Positions 39,722 through 54,852 of a DNA stretch of 64,000 nucleotides are shown one piece after another. The DNA lies in contig OX597832.1 in assembly GCA_951406725.2 (NCBI GenBank), positions 29,078,001-29,142,000 on the forward strand, read 5' to 3'. The notes beneath the pieces are model-generated. The model was given only the letters and a program-made list of their open reading frames with translations. It was not told the origin of the DNA and ran no database searches. The stretch's first letter is position 1. Each line of letters starts with the position of its first letter. The stretch comes from Octopus vulgaris. Lineage: Eukaryota. The translations under genes were made by a program, and so were the position numbers.

Positions 39722-40025
39722 GTCTCTGACCAGAGCAATAGGCTCCTTGCTCCTCTCACCACACTGTATCTCGTTCCTCTGTCCACAATACTTTTCGTCC
39801 CTCTGACTACTTTACATCTAATTCCTCTGACCACATTAAAAGTATTGGTCTTCTGGTCCAGAATAAATATTGTCCTAGCCGGTGTACATGTTGTTCTGCC
39901 GGCAGTAGACGTCATTGTCCTGACCACAATAAATTACCGTCTGCTGTTTAGAGCAAACTGTTAGTTTTCTGAACAGAACAAATATTGTTTTTATGTCCTG
40001 AGTAAATCTTCTGACCAGAATAAAT
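39722..40025. repeat. Degenerate ~24-bp minisatellite (cctctgaccaca core)
   Basis: Cores ctctgacca, cctctcacca, cctctgtcca, cctctgacta, cctctgacca, ttctggtcca, tcctgacca, ttctgacca. Confidence 0.65.
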
Positions 40026-40222
40026 TGTGTTTTTCTGCCGAAATGGAATCGGTAAAAATAATGTTTATAAAAGGAAGAAATTATTTTTCTAAAAGTGATC
40101 ACTTCTATAAAATATATCGCAACAATAAAAACAGAACTATGAAGAGAGAATCGTTTAATAATTATAAATCGCTAATTAATGATATTGCCTCCCTAATTAG
40201 ACAGAATAGAAGTAACCATTAA

Positions 40223-40630
40223 TTAAAATTCTTTGTTGAAAAAATAATAGTATTTAAAACAACACAATAAATAGAATGGAATTAAAAGAAATCTTCGAAA
40301 TTAATTCAAAGCAAAATAATATTTCTAAATAGCTAGTTATTGATTTCTGTTGGCAAAGAGCCACAAATTGCAGGTAAGTGAGGTGTTGGTGTAATCGATC
40401 GAATTCCAATCCCTCCGTACGTGACTGGTATTTAATATATCGAGTTTATTGGAGGGAGGGGCTGAGGACTTGAGAGACGGAACTACTTCAAGGCAGGTCT
40501 TATTCAAAATTCTTTGTTCGAAATAATAGCGTTTAAATAAAAAAAAAAAAAGAAATAGTGGAATGGAATTAAAGAAATCTTGGAAATTAATTCCAAGTGA
40601 AAGAATATTCTTAATAGCTTCCGATTGATT
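40223..40630 (+). repeat. ~125-bp AT-rich direct duplication
   Basis: aaaattctttgtt...aataatag...gaatggaattaaa.gaaatctt.gaaattaattc...aatagct...attgatt at 40223-40345 and 40503-40630. Confidence 0.8.
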
Positions 40631-41268
40631 AGCAATTAAAAAGTAAATGAAAACGAGGCTCGGCAGTGTCGTTTTGTTGTTGTTTTGTTGTTGTTGTTGT
40701 TGTTGTTGTTTTCAACTAACATCATTTTACTTCTGTTGTTGATGAAATATTGGAAATAATCGAACGAAATATAGCAATTGACTTTAATCAATAGATGTTG
40801 TCTTGTTTCAGTTTATTAAACAGCAAGACGGGGTCCCGTGGCGCCATAACACCAATTTTAGCCTCTGTCATTGACCGTCGCCTATGGACGCTTTATTTTC
40901 CCTCCTTGTCTGTTTATACTTGTAAATTGAAATTTTGTGGTCGAATTAAATGAATTAAAATTGAAATTGAAAGAAATTGTAAATTAATTTTTTTTTCCCT
41001 TCCGTCTCCGAAGTCTTAAAACATATCAAAAAATTGTTTGGGAAATGAAAAGGAAATTTAAAAATACCTCAACTACAATCTTGCGAGGCTCCATGACCCC
41101 ATAAATACCTCTTCTAATTAAGTTAAGACATTTAATATGTAAACTAAACCAGTTTAATTATAAACAAATGGTTAATGATGAAGTTTTATTTCAGAAACCC
41201 AGACGTGTCAAAAAATTACTTCAAGATTCAAGAAGCCTAAAAATTTTATTAATTACAAATCTATTGAC

Positions 41269-41503
<235 letters not shown>

Positions 41504-41827
41504 GATGTAGAGTCACAGACAGGCGGAACTGAAGTGTTTAGTTTTGTCTTCCTCCGCCAGGAATTGACGCTAAAATCAAATCACTACACGTCTACCTAGA
41601 GTTTAATTTAATCAAAGGTACAATCTTCCCACCCCCCCCACCCCACCCCCAAATTAGTCGGAATATGTTGGGCGTAGAGCTAAGACCTCACTCGCTGCTA
41701 CGTTAGGTGAGCCTGTGCGTGATTCAGTGCCCGGTCACATATAGATAAGCATGACGACGAAGCAGCCGGGAACTTCCGTTGAAAGGAGCCGAGGCGAGAG
41801 GGGGTTATTCTCAGTTCATGGCATAAT

Positions 41828-41925
41828 ACTCTCTTTTAGTCTCTTTTACGTGTTCCAGTCATTTGACTGTGGCCATGCAGGAGCACCGCCTGTTTTTAGT
41901 CGAGCAAATCGATCCCCCCAGGACT
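41828..41925 (-). mobile_element. SINE A tail fragment
   Basis: cagtcatttgactgtggccatgcaggagcaccgcc. Confidence 0.85.
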
Positions 41926-41939
41926 AGTGGTTAGAATAG

Positions 41940-42240
41940 GACCATGGTCTAGTGGTTAGAATAGCGGACTCGCGGTCGAGGGATCGCGGGTTCGAATCTC
42001 AGACCGGGCGATGTGTATGTTTATAAGCGAAACACCTAAGCTCCACGCGGCTCCGGCAGAAGGTAATGGCGATCGTCTGCTGACTCTTTCGCCACAACTT
42101 TCTCTCACTCTTTCCTCCTGCATCTCGCACCTCACCTGCGATGGACCAGCGTTCTGTTCAGGTGGGGAACCTATACGCCAAGGAAACCTGGAAACCGGCC
42201 CTTATGAACCAGGCATGGCTCGAGAAGGAACAAAGAAGAA
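41940..42240 (+). mobile_element. SINE family C head/body with the D-type tail (variant 2)
   Basis: C body to ctctcactctttcctcctg, then ...gaaaccggcccttatgaaccaggcatggctcgagaaggaac as in D copies at 47170 and 48645. Confidence 0.85.
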
Positions 42241-42532
42241 TTTATACATGTCGGGAAGTTGGATGCAGGATGGAGAAAAATTTTTAAAAATGAATAGATT
42301 ATTTGCGTTGAATTGAATTTAACCTAAGATTTCCCGGAAAACATTCATTTTTTATCTAAATATGATAGTTTAAATTTCATAAATGTCTAAGTGGTGATGC
42401 CGAGAACAATAAAAAGGAGTTTAAAGAATAAAAATCTAGGCTAAAATTTCGATTCCTGACTAAGAATCCGGGAAACAGATTACTTCACAAATTCAGCTGT
42501 TTACAGCTGTCTGGTAATTTGTCCATTTACAC

Positions 42533-43426
<894 letters not shown>

Positions 43427-43699
43427 TAATTTAACCTGTTATACTCTCGCAGTCCTAAAAACAAGCATTAAAATATACTCTCACATACACGTGTGTATAT
43501 ATATATATATAAATACATATATACTTATATGCATGCACACATTCAAATCTACATACATGTCCACAAACACGTGTCCTCCACTGAGAATATTTCTCATCAA
43601 CAACACTTAATTTACATTCCGTTTTCCTAATCTAAATAATTAATCATTTATTTAACTAACTCTGCTGTTAATTTATCTTAATTAGAATTTCACTTTATC

Positions 43700-43828
43700 T
43701 TTCTTTTACTCTTTTACTTGTTTCAGTCACTTGACTGCGGCCATGCTGGAGCACCGCCTTTAGTCGAGCAAATCGACCCCGGGACTTATTCTTTGTAAGC
43801 CCAGTACTTATTCTATCGGTCTCTTTTT
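43700..43828 (-). mobile_element. SINE A tail half
   Basis: Matches family A 3' end. Confidence 0.9.
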
Positions 43829-43979
43829 ACTACTTTTTTTTTTTTTTTGTCTCTACAGATTTTCCTTTAGAATTCAGTACAAACGCTGAAAGTTCAGCCG
43901 ACCAAAGCCTTGTCAGTGGATTTGATAGACAGAAACTGAAAGAAACCCGTCGTTTATGTGTGTATGTGTATATATATAC

Positions 43980-44028
<49 letters not shown>

Positions 44029-44030
<2 letters not shown>

Positions 44031-44333
44031 AGAAAAGGGACAGGCAACAGGTTGCTTGACCGCATACCGAAAAATAGAAATAGCAGTCAAGAATGCTTAT
44101 TTCTATCAAAGTGGGACTCCGGGCACGACAAACCTTGTAATTCACATATGCAAAACAGAAGGAATAGATACAGAAAACGAAGTCTGGTGGTTATCTATTC
44201 CTTCTGTTTTGCATATGTGAATTACAGGGTTTGTCGTGCCCGGAGTCCCACTTTGATAGAAATAAGCATTCTTGACTGCTATTTCTATTTTTTCGGTATG
44301 CGGTCAAGCAACCTGTTGCCTGTCCTTTTTCTT
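44029..44333. mobile_element. Near-perfect palindromic element (MITE-like) in (TA)n
   Basis: Arms 44029-44170 and 44192-44333 are reverse complements with only a few differences; 21-nt loop; TA runs on both sides. Confidence 0.85.
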
Positions 44334-44468
44334 ATATACAATATATATACTGAACTTTACAGAAGTTCCTGCCGGTAATCGGCTATATTTACATACCGAA
44401 TTCTACCAGTAAATAATTGTGGGTTTTTTAAAAACCTTTATAGAAACTATTTACTCTTATTATTATAT

Positions 44469-44499
<31 letters not shown>

Positions 44500-44501
<2 letters not shown>

Positions 44502-44706
44502 TCTACTCTAAGCACAAGGCCCGAATTTGTGGGGAGGGTAGCCAGTCGATTATATTGATCCCAGTATGCAACTGGTACTTAATTTATCGACCCCGAAAGG
44601 ATGAAAGGTAAAGTTGACTTCGGCGGTATTTGAACTGAGAACGTAAAGACAGACGAAATACCGCGAAGCACTTTGCCCGGCGCACTAACGGTTCTGCCAG
44701 CTCGCT
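44500..44706 (-). mobile_element. SINE family B (alternative tail)
   Basis: ttctactctaagcacaaggcccgaa...ctgccagctcgc. Confidence 0.9.
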
Positions 44707-44721
44707 TTACATATATGCATA

Positions 44722-45037
44722 TATCACTGTGATCACTGTGACCGACCAGGCTATCAGATGTTGCTACACATCGCTGGTCACAATGCGCTTCGCATTGTTT
44801 TAGCCTTCAAATGACGCCACCCCGCTTGGCTAAGCGAGCAGGCCAACAGAAGAAAGAGTGAGAGAAAGTTGTGGCGAAAGAGTACAGCAGGGATCGGCAC
44901 CACCCCCTGCCGGAGTCTCGTGGAGCTTTAGGTGTTTTCGCTCAATAAACACTTACAACGCCTGGTTTGGGAATCGAAACCGCGATCCTCGGACTGCGAG
45001 TCCGCTGCCCTAACCACTGGGCCATTGCGCCTCCACA
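44722..45037 (-). mobile_element. SINE family C, tail variant 3
   Basis: C head/body 44850-45037; distinct tail ending (cacagtgat)2 on minus. Confidence 0.88.
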
Positions 45038-45581
45038 TGTATGCAAGTATGTAAGTAAGGCCCAATATTGACTTGTAAACCTTTAATGCACTCGGTGGCA
45101 TATTAGGGTTGCCAAACGAAATACTGCATCCCTTACCAGCGATTAATCTCATAACCATCGGTTGACGTCAGTTTACGTACGCTGTTGTACTCGCTTTGAA
45201 ATGAGAAGACGAAAATACACACAGCTCTATCTGCTGTGGATTTCTATCTGTTTGTGCACCGGTTGATATGAATATCCGCCATCACTCACGGCATCGATAA
45301 TAGAGGCCACCGTGCAAATTTCAAGGAATCTGATAGGTTTGTTTGGTTCTTCAAGGAAATATTTCCAACTCAGAGACTTCGTCGCCATGATAGCATAAAA
45401 GCAGCAGTTTTGGCGGTTACACCACCATTTCCTCCATGACTTCCTATCAAATTCGTACACGTCCAGCAAATTCTTCTGGTTCTTCACGGAATTTCCAGTA
45501 GCATTCTGCTACGCCAGTTTCGTTAAATTTACGGTCCTCGCAGTGATGAAGGTTTTCATAAATAAATACTGCATGCTTTAA

Positions 45582-45802
45582 CCCTTTGGTGTTCAGATTA
45601 CTCTGTTAAATGTAATACTTTTTCACTCAAATTGTTTTGGATTAATCCTGGATTATCTTACAGCTTTGAAGTTTCAATGACGTGATTGTTTATTTTTAGA
45701 ATGGCATTGTAGGTTAGGTGTGAGAAGCTAGATATTGCCAGTTTGAATATAAAACATGTAGAATATATTGGGCCGGATTTGGCCAGTTTAAACACTAAAG
45801 GG
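45582..45802. mobile_element. piggyBac-type MITE
   Basis: TTAA on both sides (45578-45581, 45803-45806); TIRs ccctttggtgtt / aacactaaaggg. Confidence 0.88.
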
Positions 45803-46269
45803 TTAAAGCGGTTGACATAAATATACGCCGAACCGTTGTCGTGCGCTAAATACTGATCTCGGTCGAGATAATTACCGTCAGTGCAACTTTGTTGCCTCAT
45901 AAAAACAAAAACCGTTGTCATGGGGTTAATAATTAATTAGATATACATCTAATTAATCTGTACTACTGCTTAATTAAGTAACAACACGTAGAATCACGAC
46001 TACACTCACTACTTTAGTGGCATGTAATGTGTGATAGGTTTGCTTTTATCCTGTATGTAGTTGGAAAAGAGTGATGTGGAATCACTTCATACAGGAAATG
46101 AAACCATCACCTCAACTTAACTTCCCCGCCTCCACCATTTACTCGGTTCTGTTATTGACAACAGTCTTAAACATTGAAGTATTTTTAATTAGAAAATAAT
46201 AATTAATGGAAGATAATGATTTTCACTCACCGCTTCTCAAAATGGTTTTTGAGGCATTTCGTTGTTAAC

Positions 46270-46718
46270 TCATACACACACACGTATATACATACACACA
46301 GGCATATATTTATGTACATATACACAGACATACACATGCACACGTACACACATAACCATGGACATACAGACATGTGTACATACAGCATACATGGACGGGC
46401 GTTAAATAATGAGGATGACGATGACATACATGTGTACATGCATGTATGTATGCACACATGTATGTATGTATGCAATGTATGAATGTATGTATGTATATAT
46501 GTATGCATGTATGTATGTATGTATGTATGTATGTATGTATGTATGTATGTATGTGTATATGTATGCATGCATGTATGTGTGTATGTATGCATGTATGTAT
46601 GTAGTATGTATGTATGTATGTATGTATGTATGTATGTATGTATGTATGCATGCATGTATGTATGTATGTATGCATGTAATGAATGTATGCCTGCATTTAT
46701 GTATGTATGTAATATATG

Positions 46719-46759
<41 letters not shown>

Positions 46760-46926
46760 GCATGTATGTATGTATGCATGCATGCATACGTACATTACAT
46801 ACATATATGCGTACATACATACGTATATACATACATACATACATACATACACACACGTACATATATCTATACATACATGTGTACGTACATACATACATAC
46901 ATACATACATACATACATACATACAT
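46270..46926. repeat. (TATG)n/(TA)n/(CATA)n microsatellite
   Basis: Direct reading. Confidence 0.93.
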
Positions 46927-46983
46927 TATAGATTAAGATATTCTAAAATTATATAAAATGTATTCTCTCTATATACACATGTG

Positions 46984-47202
46984 TGGAGGCGCGTGGCTTA
47001 GTGGTTAGGGTGTTGGACTCGTGATCGTAAGATTGTGGTTTCAATCCCTAGACCGGGTGGTGTGTTGTATTCTTGAGCAAAACACTTCATTTCACGTTGC
47101 ACCAGTCCACTCAGCTGGCAAAAATGAGTAATTCTGTGACAGACCGGCGTCCCATTCGGGTGGAGAGGCCCTTATGACCCTGGCATGGCCCGAGAAGGAA
47201 AC

Positions 47203-47203
<1 letters not shown>
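46984..47203 (+). mobile_element. SINE family D followed by (TTC)n
   Basis: A box tggcttagtgg, B box ggtttcaatccc, core cttgagcaaaacacttcatttcacgttgcaccagtccactcagctgg. Confidence 0.9.
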
Positions 47204-47233
<30 letters not shown>

Positions 47234-47656
47234 CTTCTTCTTCTTCTTCTTCTTCTTCTTCTTCTTCTTCTTCTTCTTCTTCTATATACATATATGTGGG
47301 ATGGAGTGCGCGCGTATATTAGAAAGGCAGACAGGCAGACAGCGATGAATATGGCGTGTATGTACGAATTGATTTAAATTGTTATTGAGACGTTATTACT
47401 TTCCCCTTTCGAGGTCCGCCTTCTGGTAGATTCTTCAGCCCATCGCATTGATTAAAGTCCTGGTGCTCTACAGTTCTCCTATTGGCTGGTAGAGTTCAGT
47501 GTCCGCTGTGTCCTCGAACAATACACTTAATTGTCAACAGTCCAGTCTAATTCGCTGCAATAATCTTCTATTGAGTGGCGTGATTCAAATTGAAATTCTA
47601 TGCATTGCCATAACCATTTTGTTCAATACAGTGAATACACAATAAAATAGACAATC

Positions 47657-47978
47657 ATTCTCGCCCACAACATCATAAGCGGAAAGTGTAACCTCTCGAA
47701 AGAGCTGTTCTTCACTCCTGCTCCAGAGCGTCGGCTGCGGGGTCATTCCGAAAAGCTCTACCTGCGACGATTTCATCTCAATCGAAGGAGAGGAGCTTTC
47801 TCCGTCCGGGTTGCGGATCCGTGGAACAAGCTGCCAGACGAGATGGTGAAGATGCCGACGACCGCTTTGTTCAAAGCCTCCCTTGACCTCAAGTGGCTTG
47901 AACTCTTTACATGAACACCACCATGTACTTAACTCCATGTCCCCCTACATGGCCTTGCTATTTGCTTTTGAGCCAAAT

Positions 47979-48018
<40 letters not shown>
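47657..48018 (+). mobile_element. CR1-type LINE 3' end (5'-truncated)
   Basis: 47657-47914 translates to ILAHNIISGK...RLRGHSEKLYLRRFHLNRRRGAFSVRVADPWNKLPDEMVKMPTTALFKASLDLKW..stop (CR1 ORF2 C-terminal pattern RGH..KL..FS.RV...WN.LP..FK..LD); 3' UTR hairpin ccatgt/acatgg; (TAAC)n tail. Confidence 0.9.
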
Positions 48019-48116
48019 CAAGAGGTTTATTTACCAAAATGTTATCAAAGAAGGCGACGTTAGCAAATAAGATAAGTTCTATGACACCCAGTGCGCACAT
48101 ATCCGAATCTCACAAA

Positions 48117-48340
48117 CTAAGCAGCAAAAAAAGGTTGGTGAGATTTGTGAAACTGGTGTTTAGCTTTTAAGATATCATCAATATTTGCTTTGGAATTGCT
48201 GCATCCGACCAAGAGAATTGCTTTCGAATGTTCATCAGTCAACCTCGTTCGATGTGCTGACTTGACATTCTTCATTACTGAAAAATGTTTGCTCACAGAC
48301 GTAAGTTGTTCCAAACATTGATGCCATAGCAAAAGCTACA
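48117..48340 (-). pseudogene. hAT transposase C-terminal dimerisation domain remnant (GTF2IRD2/SPIN-like)
   Basis: AMASMFGTTYVCEQTF / FSVMKNVKSAHRTRLTDEHSKAILLVGCSNSKANIDDILKAKHQFHKSH split by one frameshift. Confidence 0.88.
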
Positions 48341-48344
48341 GAGC

Positions 48345-48390
48345 GGCGGTGGGCCGGATGAACCAACCTCGCGGGCCGTAGTTTTGTGGC
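48345..48390. mobile_element. hAT-type subterminal sequence
   Basis: gggccggat...ctcgcgggccgtagtttt resembles the ends of Charlie/SPIN-type elements; abuts the transposase remnant. Confidence 0.5.
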
Positions 48391-48392
48391 CG

Positions 48393-48685
48393 CTAGCTTA
48401 GTGGTTAGGGTGTTGGATTGATGATCGTAAGATTGCGGTTTCGATTCCTGGACAAGGTGATGCATTGTGTTCATGAGCAAAACATTTCATTTCACGTGGC
48501 TCCAGTCCGCTCAGCCGGCAAAAAGGATCAACCCTGCCATGGACTGGCGTCCCGTCTAAATGGAGAATACACACACCATGGAAACCGGGCAACCGGGAAA
48601 CCGGAAAACCGGGGAACCGGAAAACCGGGAAACTGGGAAGCCGAGAAACCGGCCCTTATGAGTCGACATGTCTCGAGATGGTCAC
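48393..48685 (+). mobile_element. SINE family D with expanded 9-bp tail repeat
   Basis: D head/core, then ~8-9 gaaaccggg units before cccttatgag. Confidence 0.87.
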
Positions 48686-49081
48686 TTTAAATCCCATTTC
48701 GGCCGCTTCTATTCGCGATCGTACTCTCTCGGTCACTACCCAGCATTCACAACCAACCAACCAAGGACAGGCTTGAAAACCGAATTGAAAGGAGCGAGCA
48801 GAAACATTCACATCATTAAAGATATCAAACGCTAAACTGACTATTATATTTTGACACAGAAGGCGTCACTGAGAGCTAAATAAATCACAAAAATCATTGA
48901 GTTTGTGTTCAGTATTAACACCAATTAAATTGACCATAACACATCAACGAGGTTGGGGAAATAAAATTAGGATGTGTGTATGCGTTTGTATGTGTATTTG
49001 TGTGTGTGTGTGTGTGTGTGTGTTTGTGTGACCTAGCCCTGCTCTTCCTCCTCCTCTTCCTTGGACTTAGTCACCAAACAA

Positions 49082-49110
49082 TTATTATTTCATCATCATT
49101 ATTATGACTA

Positions 49111-49177
<67 letters not shown>

Positions 49178-49210
49178 TCCTATTACTATTATTATTATTA
49201 TTATTATTAC

Positions 49211-49276
<66 letters not shown>

Positions 49277-49284
49277 TATTATCA

Positions 49285-49331
<47 letters not shown>

Positions 49332-49366
49332 TCTATTCCTATTACTATTATTATTATTATTATTAC

Positions 49367-49432
<66 letters not shown>

Positions 49433-49437
49433 TATTA

Positions 49438-49501
<64 letters not shown>

Positions 49502-49506
49502 TATTA

Positions 49507-49547
<41 letters not shown>

Positions 49548-49585
49548 TTATTATTATTATTATTATTACTATTATTATTATACCA

Positions 49586-49616
<31 letters not shown>

Positions 49617-49621
49617 TATTA

Positions 49622-49715
<94 letters not shown>

Positions 49716-49735
49716 CATCATTATTATTATCATTG
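49082..49735. repeat. (TTA)n with higher-order duplication
   Basis: ctattcctattacta variant at 49174 and 49333. Confidence 0.95.
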
Positions 49736-50006
49736 CCGTTGCTATTTCAATGACAATCCCCCCAGAATATAGGACGTGAAAACAACTCCATGTTTTGCAG
49801 GCCGAGACAACAGTTTGAAATATCAACGAAACATTTCTGCATAAAATTTGCATCTCATTAACAGCTACAAGGCATGAAGAGAAGAAGGCGGAGGAGGGCG
49901 GGGACGGCGAGGTGGAGGAGGAGGAGGTGGGGCAATTGGTAAATTCCTGGTAATCAGCAGCAGCTATACGCCGTTTAAACAGACCTCTCTCTCTCTCTCT
50001 CTCCCT

Positions 50007-50061
50007 GTGTGTAAATATATGTATATATATATATGTATATATATGTATATACATATATATG

Positions 50062-50095
<34 letters not shown>

Positions 50096-50109
50096 CATGT
50101 ATATATATG

Positions 50110-50162
<53 letters not shown>

Positions 50163-50189
50163 GTATATATATGTATATACATATATATG

Positions 50190-50220
<31 letters not shown>

Positions 50221-50528
50221 GTATATATATATATATGTATATATATGTATATGTATATATATATGTATATATATATGTATATATATGTATATGTATATAT
50301 ATGTATATATATGTATGTATATATATGTATATATATGTATGTATATGTATATATATGTATATATATGTATATATATGTATATATATATATATATGTATAT
50401 ATATGTATATATATGTATATATATATATATGTATATATATGTATATATATATGTATATATATGTATATATATATATATGTATATATATGTATATATATAT
50501 ATATATATGTATATATATGTGTGTATAT

Positions 50529-50561
<33 letters not shown>

Positions 50562-50600
50562 CATATGTAAATCTATATGTGTATATATATGTATATATGC

Positions 50601-50637
<37 letters not shown>

Positions 50638-50680
50638 TATATACACATACATACACACATACATACATATATGTATGTGT
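50007..50680. repeat. (TA)n/(TATATG)n microsatellite
   Basis: Direct reading. Confidence 0.95.
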
Positions 50681-50929
50681 GTCTATTGTCATTCTCCCTC
50701 TCTATATAGATGCCTATCTGTCACCATCCTCTCTCTCTTTCTCTGTCTTTCTTTCTCTCCTCCTCCTCCCCCTCTTCCTCTCTCACCCTCCCACTCTCTT
50801 TCTTCTTCGTCCTCCTCCATCCTTCTGTTGCTGACATTACAGTTTTTAATTAATCTGCCGCCATCTTTGAGGCTGTGTACGTAAGTCACATTTGGGACAG
50901 CTTCATCTCTACTGCACTGGAGAGACGCG

Positions 50930-52940
<2,011 letters not shown>

Positions 52941-53316
52941 TAAACGTTTGTTTTATGTTCCGCTTTAATACAAAATACTTTGATAACAATAATCTGAAGG
53001 ATTACTCCATACATTTGTAAAGTACAAATTTTTTTTTTTTCACAAAAATAGTACTGAGAGTGACTTCGAAGTATCGCCCAGCTGACCTATCATCGTAGTG
53101 TGGTACATCAAGTTAATCATGGCTTTGATGTTATACTATAGACGTATACCATATGTGTGTGTGCTTGTGTGTGTGTGAGTGTGTGTGTGCATTTGCTCTC
53201 TTCCCACAGGGCTAGGAGTATCTTACTCCAATTTCTAGCAATGTTCGTGTCCCATCACCCTTAGCCACATTTAGAGACGATTGAATTTTTCATCAATGGT
53301 AATATATATATATATA

Positions 53317-53551
53317 AGGCGGTGAGCTGGCAGAATCGTTAGCACGCCGGGCGAAATGCGTTGCCGTATTTCGTCTGCCGTTACGTTCTGAGTTCAAATT
53401 CCGCCGTGGTCGACTTTGCCTTTCATCTTTCAGGGTCGATAAATTAAGGACCAGTTACGCACTGGGGTTGATATAATCGACTTAATCCATTTGTCTGTCC
53501 TTGTTTGTCCTCTCTGTGTTTAGCCCCTTGTGGGTAGTAAAGAAATAGGTA
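53317..53551 (+). mobile_element. SINE family B monomer
   Basis: Flanked by ggtaatatatatatatataagg / ggtattatatatatatataagg duplication. Confidence 0.92.
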
Positions 53552-53833
53552 TTATATATATATATAAGGGTAAGACCCAAGGATCAACGTGTAGGAAGTC
53601 CGCAAGCTTCAAGCAATCCGTGGCAGATTAAGAAAACAAAACGTGGACCGTGTATGTTCAGGAACAATAGCCTGTATTTTACCTGTTCCACTCCCCCAAT
53701 TTGGACGTGTGTACGCATGCGCGCGCTGGTGTGTACAACTACGATATATGAATATGTATATGAATATATGTATATATATAAATATGCGTGTGTACAAGCA
53801 TATAAATACACATGTATACGTGCCTGCATACAT

Positions 53834-54850
53834 AGGGTGTGTTGAATAAGTCATTTTTGTTGTTAAAATGGGAGTGTTTTACCAAATATAATACAAAGAT
53901 AAGCATAACTTATCACCTGACACAGGTACTTCAAAAAGCACTCAGTGGCAGACTATCTCTTCCTGTTTACAAAGGTATTGCTTAACACAGGTTCTATTAC
54001 AAGCGATGCATTTGCGCAATCATTGAGGCCAACTGATACCCTCTTGAAATACATTCAGGTATTTTCTGTTGTACCATTCCACTTCTTTCACGACTACTTT
54101 CATCTTGATTATGTTCACAAATCGTTGGATCTGACTTCCATTTGACTGTCCTTCAATAAAGCAGAAGGAATTCGGAGTTTGACCTCGGTGGACAAGAGAC
54201 CATCATACAATTGTGCCAAATGCCTGATTCGTTGCCAAAAATGTGTGTGGTCACGTATTGATATGGTTCTTGTTTTGTCTCTTCCTTCTTTAAGCTTTTT
54301 GAGGGTCTTAGGGAACCGCTCTCTGTTTACGGTCAAGGTTCAGCTACTAAGGAGGATTAGGCCCTTGATATCCCGCAAATCATTCACCATGACTTTCTGT
54401 GCCGATCGCTGTCTCTTGAACTTTTAGGTCCTGGAGACGATTTGTGCAACGCTATTTCAATAATTGAGTCTTCGTTACCGACCATAACGGTATCCCATGT
54501 CACATACTTCTTCACCAGATCGGGGACAAAGAACGTGTCTATCAGATGAGAATATGTTTGCACTTTGCTCTCATTCAAATCGATTGCCAACTACTGAGAT
54601 ACCCGCATTGCACGCACTTTTGCGATACTCAAAGTCTTCCCCGTCCCGCACCTTCCATAAAGTATTGTGACCACAGTCCAGTTTTGCAGCAAACTCACAG
54701 AAGGTGACTTGTCTGTCCACTCGAATCGCTTCGACCGCTCGCTGGTGTTTCGTGTCAGTGGTCACAGTCGATGATCTGCCATGGCAGGGTTTGTCTTCGA
54801 TGCTGCTATCGCCCTTCGTCACACCTCTTCATTCATCTGTACACATTACT
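53834..54850 (-). pseudogene. Decayed mariner transposase (HTH2 and catalytic region) with probable TIR
   Basis: GDSSIEDKPCHGRSST..AIRVDRQVTFCEFAAKLDCGHNTL..YRK; YVTWDT (cf. IVTGDETW); TVNRERFPKTLKKLK; many frameshifts; agggtgtgttgaataagt at 53834 resembles a mariner TIR. Confidence 0.8.
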
Positions 54851-54852
54851 CT

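Noticed and set aside
45227-45487. ORF with faint resemblance to a Tc1/mariner transposase C-terminus (IDAVSDGGY)
   Set aside because: No clear SPDLNP-type motif or TIRs; too weak to call without a profile search
48220-48240. Minus-strand ctgatga...cgaaa
   Set aside because: No stem II; lies inside hAT transposase codons (LTDEHSK)
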